Of a DNA stretch of 64,000 bases, positions 37,599-48,100 are shown one piece after another. Numbering within the stretch: position 1 is the first letter of the stretch; each line of letters starts with the position of its first letter. This DNA is from Macrostomum lignano. Its lineage: Eukaryota. The notes under the pieces are model-generated. The model was not told the DNA's origin. It saw only the letters and a program-made list of their open reading frames with translations, and made no database searches. A program made the position numbers and the translations under genes. Location of the stretch: NCBI GenBank assembly GCA_002269645.1, contig NIVC01000746.1:62001-126000 (forward strand), in the 5' to 3' direction.

Positions 37599-37830
37599 CA
37601 ACTTTCGTCCTTTGTTTCTGTCATTTTTGGAGGTGTGCCGGGACATTCATGAATTTTCACTGGGGCTCTGTCTCTGCTGTGTTTGTGTGTGTTGCGTACA
37701 TTGACCTCCCTGTGCGTGTGTTTAATTCTTATATTTCCACCCTTTTGGTCGCCCACCCCCACCCAAGAGGCTTGTGCCCATACTGCCAAGTCAATTTCTA
37801 TCGCCAGTTCAACAAATTTTTCTCTCTCTC
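37599..37830. repeat. Uninterrupted copy of the dispersed repeat that was the LINE target; truncates the Gypsy element
   Basis: Colinear with 21201-21254 joined to 27150-27390; the target core reads GGGACATTCATGAATTTTCACTGG here. Confidence 0.8.
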
Positions 37831-38167
37831 TCGTCAGTTGATTCAAATTAATTGAAATTATAGAAAAGAATCTAATGAAATTATCTATGCTGTAAATTAT
37901 TAGGGTGATACAAGGGGTCAATTTTGAAAAGGATCAGTTTCATTTTAAAACTTTTAGAAGAATTTAGAAGAAGAAGTAGTTTTCTCTTTTACTAGTCTGG
38001 CGTTTTACAAAAGACGTTTTACATTAGTTCATTATGCATTCCATTAGAACTGGTGCACTGCTAACTAATAGGAGCGTGATAGAAGAAAAGATAAACAAAA
38101 AAAGTAGCAAATTTAAGGAAAAATTTTAAAGATGTTTCATCCATTTCAGCAATCCTTTGGATCCGCC

Positions 38168-39427
38168 TCAAGCCGGATACGAACGGAACAAGAACGCGCC
38201 AATGATGACGGCAGTGGCGGTCACTCCGAATAGCATCAGCAATCTCTCCACAGCTCGGGTCGCCACGGCCCAGTCCGACTCGGTCGGAGTCCCGCCGACT
38301 TCTTCCGGCTTGTCTCGATCTGAACCGTCGGCGGGCGACGGGCCCACCCGGTTCAGGCAGAGCAGGCGGCCCAGGAATTGGACGAAGACCGCTCGGGCGC
38401 AGGCCGACATGCGCGCGGTCGGCGACGCGAAGTGGAACCGCATGGTCAGCGACGTCAGCAGCAGCGACGCGGTGGACAACACCATGGCGGCCGTGATGAA
38501 CAGGGCGATGGCCGGCATGTCCTCCGACTTCGGCAGAATTCCGTCAAGCAGGAGCAGAAACACAGTGTAGCTGAGCATGATGGTGACGCCGAATCCCAGC
38601 TTCTCACCGGAGTCAAGAGGCACAAAGTACAGCAGCAACTGCAGCAGAGTCAGCAGTAGTAGCGGAATGATCACATTAACTATGTAATACGTCGAAACGC
38701 GCTTTATCTTCAGTGTTAGATGAAAAACGTTTATTGGAAAGATTTTGTTCTCAAAAATGTAGTAATCTTTTTTTTTAACTTCGGTAGTGGCTTCAGTCAG
38801 AATCCATTCGCTGCTCTCCCTGTATATCGCAGTGATATTGTACCGAATTTCCGGATTAGCGATCACTGGTCGAATAAAGCGTTGGTATTCCATGTCATTC
38901 AAGAACAGCAGAAGGTTACAGGAGTGATAATCAAATGGAAAATCAGCCATAACAAATTTGCAATAGAATTCGAACTCCCGTCGCCATTTGGTAGTCACCG
39001 AAGTCAAATTATCGTTGACCGAATTCAGCCCAACGTGGCTAAACGGCACCAGGACTTGCTCGGCACCATTGCCGTTGTATAGCATTATTTCTGGATGCCA
39101 AATGAGGGAAGCGTCCCATCGGGTGTAATTGAGGCCACCAAAGTCAGCCGGCTTCCACACGAGCCGCTCTTCATCTCTGGTCGTCTCCAAAAACAGCGAC
39201 ACTGTCATGCTCTGCTGTGCCGTGTCCACCGACACGATGTGGCTGAGCATGGCATTGAAGGATACGTCGAGCATCTTGTTGCGACTCGTAGTCCAGTTGA
39301 TTCTCGGGAACAGCGCAGGACTGAAGCCAGGAATGTTTTTCAGGTATCGCTGGAGATTCGCTTCGAAGTCGGTAGCAGCCGAAGCCGCTGTCAGAAGACA
39401 GAGCAGCACTGAGGCAACAGTCAGCAT
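38168..39427 (-). CDS. Intronless divergent nAChR-like Cys-loop ion channel subunit, copy B, intact, 419 aa
   Basis: Signal peptide, WHPEIMLYN (loop A), Cys-loop CKFVMADFPFDYHSC (C-x13-C), pre-M1 R, four TM helices, DSGEKLGFGVTIMLSYTVF (GEK, cation-type M2), short M3-M4 loop. No vicinal CC in loop C. Confidence 0.93.
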   Translation of the reverse strand: MLTVASVLLCLLTAASAATDFEANLQRYLKNIPGFSPALFPRINWTTSRNKMLDVSFNAMLSHIVSVDTAQQSMTVSLFLETTRDEERLVWKPADFGGLNYTRWDASLIWHPEIMLYNGNGAEQVLVPFSHVGLNSVNDNLTSVTTKWRREFEFYCKFVMADFPFDYHSCNLLLFLNDMEYQRFIRPVIANPEIRYNITAIYRESSEWILTEATTEVKKKDYYIFENKIFPINVFHLTLKIKRVSTYYIVNVIIPLLLLTLLQLLLYFVPLDSGEKLGFGVTIMLSYTVFLLLLDGILPKSEDMPAIALFITAAMVLSTASLLLTSLTMRFHFASPTARMSACARAVFVQFLGRLLCLNRVGPSPADGSDRDKPEEVGGTPTESDWAVATRAVERLLMLFGVTATAVIIGAFLFRSYPA

Positions 39428-42179
39428 TCTGCTTGCCCACAGGTCCTATTGTGTTTGTGTCGCGCTGATAAAGCTCGGCAGGAGCAAAGCAGTCGTGAGA
39501 TAAATGCCTGACTAAATATGCTACCGCATCTCGGAGCAAATATATGTAGCTCGTATTTGCCAAATCAAATTGAATGCATCATCCGGCATCGGTTGATTTG
39601 GATATTGCAAATATAAGCTGCAATGTAAATTGGCATTGGCATTTGTTTCTCCCTCTCCCTCACTCGCAAAACCACATGATTAGTTGTTTGCTTATGGCAA
39701 CCATGCAGTTCAGGCAACTGGTTTTATGTTTGTCGTTCTGATCTGCGGATTAGAGATTAGGTCCCTACTACCGTTACTAACGAATTGTGTTAATTACTAA
39801 TGGGTAGTTCGCTGCCAACAGACTAATCAATATCCCTTCATATTATAGGGTTGAACAACAAGTCGATTTTTTATTTTAAAACTTTTACCGTCAAGACAGG
39901 CTGTCAACAATGTTATTAATATGCATCAGGAGCGAGCATAAGTTCCTTCCTTTATTTGATTGTGGACTCATTTTAGTCCCCTATTTAATCGGCGAAATTT
40001 CCTTACCTCTTCGATTTTATTAATATATTAGCTGACTCAGACTTGTGAAAGAAAATATCCGAAACAAAACTAAAGGAATACTTTTCGAAAAGCTCAACTG
40101 CTCTTTTCTCTAAGTAATAATCAAACATATTTAATAAATTCATTAACTTTTCATTATTTTTCAATAACTTTTTACTCATTTTTCAAAAGCAAAAACAGCA
40201 TTACAACACCATCCTAAATTAGATATACAGTGCAAAAATCTACCTGTTGGTGACTTGAGCCAAATTAACGACTTTAATAATGTCCACGTGCACGTTTATT
40301 GACACGATGAATTTGATCGAAACTATTTTGGGCGGTTTGAAATTGTTACTCAATCAAACAAAACTATAGAAATACGAAACGATAGAAATTCAATATTTGC
40401 ATTGAAGCGCGCTGTCGCTCTTGCAGATGCAGGCAGTCTACAGGACTGATTGACAATTAGTTACTGTAGACGCCCAAGAAAATATAGTATACTCAGAAAC
40501 ATTGAAAAGTCGCCACTCATGCGCCAGTAAGCAATTTCTCTTGGACCATTCTGCAATAAAGGATACGAGAAAACTGATCGGGTAGCTTTAATCTGTCCAA
40601 CCCTCGCACACCGCTCCCCCCACTTCATTCCTCAACTCAAGCCGGCCGCAGCGTAGCAAGTTGCGTCACTCACAAAGATGAGAGACTTTACTTGCACTCT
40701 CAAAAGTGGCGACCACAGACGAAACAAGGATTTCTACTACTTAAGTACTTAATATATACGTTACTTTATTCATCCTTGAGACGAAAGTTTCTGTGATGGG
40801 AACTTTTCGATGTTGCTGAGTATATGTGATTGGCCAGCAAGAAAGGTGTGCATCGGGCTGAGTGGCGCACAACAAGAACGTTCCAACAAGCAGCCTACTA
40901 CATGTTGTGAGGCGTCAGTTGCCGTCATCACAGCCGTTACTGTGCCTGGGCAATGCTAAGAACATAGACTACATGGAGGCTGCATGCATTATGACCATAT
41001 AATATTGTCCCAAGAAGATAGTATCACCATAAACTAATGTTTAAGGAGATAATAAGATAGGACGACAAAATTAATTTTGGTTCAACGGTATTATTCTTAG
41101 TTGTCCATGCATCCGTGGCATCATTTATTTCAAGTTGTTTTGCTCACACCGGTGTAGTGACTGACATTTCAGTGGATGTACATTTCAGTGGACTGGCTAA
41201 TGCAATAAGCCAGCTACTGGCTAATACAGAATCTGTGGGCTAATGTACATTATTGCTGAACCAATTAGCAAGTTGTTTACGTCTGCCAGCTTGGGCTTCT
41301 AAGCTTATCAAAGTCGTTTCAGCTGCCTTTATTTTTATAAAATAGCTTATGTATTCTTCTTTGCTACTGAACTGAAAGCAGAATGCTGTTTTTAGCATGG
41401 ATTAAGGAATAACATGGAAAAAAATTAACATACACTCGTATAATACTAATTTTCTAGACGAAAAGCTTTATGAATATCAATAGAGCTATAAGAAAGGCAA
41501 AACATATCAAAAGATGAACATTAAGTCTGCCTCTCTTATCGAAAGCAATAACAATTTTAATATGAAAAGTGAAAACTACGAGTATTTCCATAGCGTATTT
41601 TTCGGCGTAAACCAGCCTCTTTAACATTTTCTAAGAAACATGTTTCCCGTCCTTCTACTAGAGTAGTCCTTGGGTAATTGTAACGTTACTCGCGTGTGAC
41701 TAAAATACTAATTAATGCCTAAATTTCTATTTTCAGATTTAAAGAAGCGTTTGTTACTAGCAGCAGTAGTCTGTAAAGAGAGTATTATGTACACCGATTT
41801 CTTGCTTCCTTCTACCAAAAACCCACTGAAGCAGCAATAATGGGGCAGCCAGGTGATCCAGAAGCGAGAGAAAAATTGGGCAATTTCAGATCTCTACAAG
41901 AAAGAATTTGAAGCAAGTCGGTCGGCCCGGCCCCGTTTTCGTGGAGAAATCGATCAGCCCAACAGTGATTGACAAGGCCTCCAATATATGCGCCAAACGA
42001 TGCTGAGCTTGGGCACAGATGGCGGAAACTCGTGCGCCCCCACCCGCCACTCCATTGGTCATGCGATGTTTCAAGGAGCTTGAGCTTATCGATAATTCGA
42101 CTATACTGATTGGTGAGAGTGCTCCCAATAATCCACTCAAGAGGCCTGCCGTGTGGCTGCTCTTGCCCTCGGGGGTTTA

Positions 42180-42600
42180 GTAGCTGGAATGGAAAGTCAC
42201 CACCTGGGAGTTGACCGTCTGCTGCTGGGAGAATAGAGTCTGTTTTATTCCCCTCTGGGAGTTCCCTGCTGGTGGCACCCTGTTAGTAATTATTCATTAC
42301 TAAAGTGTACAACCCACGGTAGCCCGGTCTGTATCATGTCCTCGGCTCCAGGTAAAATGGAGGTGTGATCGGAAAAGTTAATGAGTGGGAAAATTATCCC
42401 AAAGTGTGACTGAGGCATCTACAATGAGTGGGCACCATGGCGACATCGTACCACAACTAGAGCTGAGGGTGTACAGCGGCCCTGGCTTCCCAATCGTCAG
42501 GCATGTACAGTCTCTGTGTCTTGGGGGTCGGCCCTTTGTGTTTTTGAATCGCCCAACAACTTCCTGGCTGCGCTGGGAATCGAACCCTCGTATACAAAGT
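42180..42600 (-). mobile_element. tRNA-derived SINE, family A, copy 2
   Basis: GGAATCGAACCC (reverse B-box) at about 42575; body aligns with 9400-9640. Confidence 0.65.
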
Positions 42601-43197
42601 AAAGTCCCGTAGTAATAAAACTTTGACTCCCGATATTTGATATCTCTAATTTCTGTGCTTCAGCAACTTTTCGTATATTGCCATTTGCATGTTTTCCTTA
42701 TAGTGTGCAAAGTGAGACAGGCGGGCTGGCAGGAGTCTGGTGATATTTGGAATCTGCAGGCGCTGCGAAAAAAACTTCTGCCTTAATTCCTCCCGTCGGG
42801 AACTAGACCAGGGCGGTGAGATGCAGGAGGCTGAGTCAGTCAATAAAGCGACTCATGGCTTGGAGCTGCGGCAGCGGAGGCCGCATCCTTATACACGATG
42901 GATATCAGCTCTGGGTAAACTGGCTCGCGCGCAAATTGGTACGCGCGAATTCTGCGAGTTTAGCGACGGGAATCGAGGCCGGAGGGGAGGGGGGACAACA
43001 ATGATTCTCCCCAGTGTTTTGTTTGCCCGAAGCAAATTCGGACGAAGCCGTCTCACCTTGTCGAGCAGCGAGCGCCGAGGGCAAACACGTGCCGGGTTCC
43101 CACAAATTTCTTTTGGGGAGCTTCGGCATCAGCTCGAGGGCGGTGGAGTTTCAGACTTGGTGTCTGGACAGATGGCAAACTTCACTAAACTTCACCT

Positions 43198-43450
43198 GGG
43201 CGCTCTCGCAAGACCTAAATTTCCCATCACGGAAAATTTTCCTCAAAGTAGAAGCTTGCAAATTTTTGTCTTATGAAAGCGTTCCTAAGACCTAAACTTC
43301 ACAACGCCTAAATTTCACAACGCCTTAAATCTCTGCTTCTCTCCTTCACATTCAGTTTTAGGCGTTGTGAAATTAGGCGATATGAAATTTAGGCGATGTG
43401 AAGTCATGTGCTTTAGGCGTTGTGAAATTTAGGTCTTATGAAGAGGGTGC
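43198..43450. mobile_element. MITE-like palindromic element with internal CCTAAATTTCACAACG repeats
   Basis: AAGACCTAAA(C/T)TTCACAACGCC on the left is inverted as GGCGTTGTGAAATTTAGGTCTT on the right; several direct and inverted copies. Confidence 0.6.
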
Positions 43451-45197
43451 TTACGATATTTGATGATTATTTTGCATTTATGTCACCCCACTCTAGGAGA
43501 GGGTGGTTTCTATACCAAAATTCTAGGCATTAGAAGTCCATGCACAGGTGTTATCTGGCTCGTGTATGCGCGGAGGAACTCGTGCAAGATGCTGGCTCAT
43601 GCAAGCCCTGTGGGAGAGCGGAATTATCAGCAGTCGCTCTGCAGGCAGCTGCGTAAGAATTCAACAGCAAAGACTCACACAACACCCATCACCGTGAGGC
43701 TGATTTAGCTGAAGGCTAAACAATAGCTTCTGCATCAGCATGCTCAGTGTGGAGGGCTCGCATCGCAGCTCCGCTATTCCAATTCAGCCGCGACTTCAAA
43801 GCCAACCGGGAGGCGATGAAGCGGAGGAGGCCTCGCGGCATTGTCAATCATTTGATTGAGGCAGCTATTTTGTTTTCAATCCGACTTCAATGGCAAAACG
43901 GCGCTCGCTTCAGCGATTGAATTTAATGAACCGATTTTTTGAGCAGCTTTGATAGAAATAATTTCTAGTTAATTCAGCCTCACTGCGACTGAGAAGGCGG
44001 CTTGCAGCAGGTGAGATTTCTCACCATCCCCTCTCACCTGGGCTGCAAACTGCCTGCCTGTCTTTATCCTGTGATTAGCGGCCCAGTGAATAATTAATTA
44101 TCAGTAGCAGCGGGGGGCCCCAAGAGACTTCGGGTGGAATTAAATTGAATTTTTAATGACTGTCCGAGCAGCGATCTCACGGGCTGCAAGTGCAGGATTT
44201 GCAGGGCCGATGGAGGCCTTGGCCCAAGGGTTTGTGTTGCGATTTCTTTTTTTCTTCTGCACTCGCCAAGCATTGTTGGCGGGGGGGGGCTTCTTCAATT
44301 TGCTGATATCCCCCCAGCCTTTTCTCCACGCCCCCTCTTTATATCCACCCTGTGGCTCTCGCCTGCCAGCCCGCGGCGACCGGAGTCGCTGTCCAAATTT
44401 TTCGGATTGAATTTTCCCGCCCCTCCGTACAGCGGCTGACTCCAGCAGGGCTCCAGCGATGAGCAGGCGGAGTAGCGGCTGCCGCCACTTCTACGAGTAT
44501 ATGACACCCTTGGGAAATTAGCAAATAACATTTTCGGCCAGGGCTTGTAAGCCTATAAAGCTTAGTTAGTAGCGATCGGATTGAAGGAGTGAGTTGAGAG
44601 TGAGTGGGTGGGTAGGTGAGGTGGCCCCCGGGGCGGCTCCCTCATCAATTCCGATTCGTCGTTAAAGCGAAGATCAGCAGCAGCAGTAGTATCTTTTCTA
44701 GGACAAGTAGCCCAGTCTGGCGGACAGGGTAGGCAAGATTTCCGACTGAAATCCTGGCATGGTTTTGAGTGGCTCAACAGCAGTTCAACAGCAAGACAAC
44801 TTGAGCATCGTATGGAGACAAAATATGATTTATCAGACAACTTCGATTAACAGCCTGGGGAAATGGAAGATCTCATATATTCATAAAAAGGGGATCCAAA
44901 AAGGGCTCAAAGTTGTCTGTGTTGATAAGCTTGCATGCAGACTTCTCAAAGCCAATGAGAGCGGTTTGTGCTCACAGCTACTCAACCAATGACCTGCAGG
45001 GCTGAGAGGCAATCACTCACCGGGTGGGGGGGGGGACTGGATGAGGAGGCAGAGGGAGGGGACGCTTGGTGGTATCTGAGAATTAATAAACACACGCGCG
45101 GATCTGAAGTACCAGCAGGTCGTCAGGTGTCGTGAGGTGTTACGGTTTGCAGTCTCAATTTCACTTAGAGGGAATCTAAACAAACAACAGCAGCGCC

Positions 45198-48100
45198 ATG
45201 ACCCCGCGGACCGGTCCCGCACTGCTGCTGGCTCTGGCCGTCGCTCTGCGCGCTGCCGTCGCTATCTCGAAGCCTCGCGTCGTCAGCCTGACCGTCGCCG
45301 AGGAGACGGCCGCCAATCACGTGGTCGGCAACCTGAAGAGCCGTTTCAGCCTGCCGGATGGAAGCCGGTTCGTGGCCAGCTACCCGACGAAGGAAATCCG
45401 GGAGCTGTTCCCGGTGAACCGGGACACCGGTGAGGTGGTCACCGGCCGGCGCCGGTTGGACCGGGAGGCGCTGTGTCCCGGCGCCAAGCGGATCAGCTGC
45501 GAACGGGCCTTCAACGTGGAAGTCCGGCACGGCGGCTCCGCGGTCGAGGAGCTGTTCGCCATTCACGTGGTCATCACGGATGTCAACGACCAGCGGCCGC
45601 GGTTCCTCCAGGCCAACCGGCCGTTCGCACTGAGCATCGCCGAGTCCGACCAGCCACCAGTGAAGTACTCGCTGCCCATCGCGGAGGACGCCGACTCCGA
45701 GCGACACGACGGCGTCGCCTACCGCCTGCTGCCGAAAGACGACGCCGGCCAACACTTCAAGCTGTCGATGGAGGACCGCAGAGGCCGCCGAGTGCCAATG
45801 CTGGAGCTGATCAAGCAGCTGGACCGGGAGGCCAAGGACAGCTACCGGATGGAGCTGCTGGCCGGAGACGCTGAGTTCCCCGACGATGGCGAACGGCTTG
45901 AGATCCTGGTTCGTGTGCTGGACACCAACGACAATCGGCCGGTGTGGCGACTCGCCAGCGGCCGACTGGCCGTGTCCGAGTGCGGCCCGCTGCACCGGCC
46001 GCTGCTGCAGCTGTCCGCCACCGACGCGGACGAGGACAAGCGAATCCGCTACAGGATCGCCGGCACGGCCAGCCCGGAGGTCGCCGGTTCGTTTTACATC
46101 TCCGTCGATCAGCTGATGCAGAACCGATCGCTGGACTACGAAACCGTACGCCAGAGGCCGCTGTACCTGCCGCTGTTCGCCGAGGACTCCGGCGGACTGA
46201 AGACCGAGGCAGAGATTGAAATACGCGTCACCGACTGCAACGATCACTACCCGAACATCAGCGTGCAGCTCATCGACGGCAGACCGGCGGCGGTGCGCGA
46301 GAACGACGTAGCCGAGGTGCTGCTGGCCCGAGTGATCGTCCGCGACGAAGACGAAGGCGAAAACGGCAGCGTCAGTTGCGCGATCTCCGAGGCGCAGCGG
46401 CATCAGTTCGAGCTGCAGCAGCTGCTGGCGGACGGGTCGCATGTGAGCTACAAGCTGCGCAAAGTGCCCGGCGTGACCTTCGACAGGGAGGCAGCGACGG
46501 TGCGTGACGGGCGCTGGGTCGGCGTCGAGATCGCCTGCCGGGACCAAGCTGTGCAGCCCAAGGAGCGCCGCTCCGAGGTGCAGGTGGAGATTCTGGACGA
46601 GAACGACAACAGCCCGGTGCCCGACCGGCTGCTGTACCAGTTTCGGACGGCCGAGAACCAGGCGGCCGGCGCCCTGGTTGGCCGCATCGGCGCTACCGAC
46701 CGCGACGCCGGGGAGAACGCGCGGCTCAGCTACAGATTCGCCGACAGCATCGGCGAGCAGTTCTTTGAGCTGCGGCCGAGTCGCGGGTCGGACAGCAGCG
46801 TCGACTTGCTGACGCTGGTCAGCCTGGACCGGGAGATCCGCGACCGGTTTAACTTCGGGATTGTCGTATCGGACAACGGCAAGCCCGTTCAGCAGTCGGC
46901 CACAATCTCCGTGGAGGTGGTCGTCGAGGACGAAGATGACTCGCCGCCAGTCTTTGTGAACAAAGAGTATAGCTTCAGCCTGACCGAGGACTATGGCAGG
47001 AACACTTCCGAGAGGTTCATCGGCGAAGTTCAAGCAACGGATGCGGACGCCGGCAGCAACGCCAGGATCCGGTACGAGGTCATCGGTGGCGGCGGCGGCA
47101 CCCGAGCCAGCTTCTTCTTTCGTGACAACTGGCTGTACGCGCGCGGCAATCTTGACAGGGAGCGCCAGGAGCTGCTCAGCCTGCAGCTCCGCGCAGTCGG
47201 CATCCTCGACACCAGCAGGACCGGCTCAGCGCACGCGACCGTCACCCTGCTGGATGTGAACGACAACCCGCCAGAGTTCACCGGCCTGGCCACCTGGAGC
47301 AACCTCAGCGCCGCCAGCCCGGCTGGCACGCAGGTAACGCAGCTGCGGGCTGTCGATCCGGACGCGGGAGCGAACGGCAGCGTGACCTTCGGGCTTGTGG
47401 GCTCCGACCACGGCCACTTCAGCATCGACCCGATGCACGGAATCGTTACGCTGGTGAAGGCGCTGCCGAGAGGCGCCGAGAAAGACGACGTTGACTCCTC
47501 AGCCGTGTTCCGACTGGTTGTCAGGGTGAGCGACGGCGGACAGCCGCCGTTGAGCAGCCGGGCGGAGTCGCTGTACATTCGCGTGGTTGACATCACGGCC
47601 GGAGCCGCTGGCGGTGGCAGCGGTCGCGCTCCCGACGGCGGAACGCTTCAAGGCGCAGGTCGGCGAAGTCCCCAGGGCAAAGGCGGAGGCGGAGGTCGCG
47701 GCATGGACGCTGAGCAGCACGTGCTGATCCTGCTGTGCCTGGCCGGTGTCGTGTTCCTGGTCTTCGTGCTGCTGCTCGGCGTGCTCGTCTACGTGCACTT
47801 GAGAGGTGAGTCGGCCGCTACAGCGGTTGTGTGGAAAGTTTTAAGATTTTGAGCAAAGACATCCCTAAAGATGTTTCATTGGAATTCCGAATCCCAGGTT
47901 GCTTCACTTTGTATTCCCCAACATCCAATGAGGCTGCCCTTTTAGTTTCAATCAGGAAATGCAGTTCATTGAAAGACAGCCAGAAGAAAAAGCCAAATCA
48001 ATCAGAAAAAGCAACAAGCTTCAGAAGTTCCCCTTTTTGCTTTGATTTGCTCGATCTCTGTGCCCGCACACAAAGCTTGTTACTTCTGTTTGCCGGTCGA

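Noticed and set aside
45165-47033. 622-aa antisense ORF over the protocadherin
   Set aside because: Typical antisense shadow of a GC3-rich exon; no recognisable domain.
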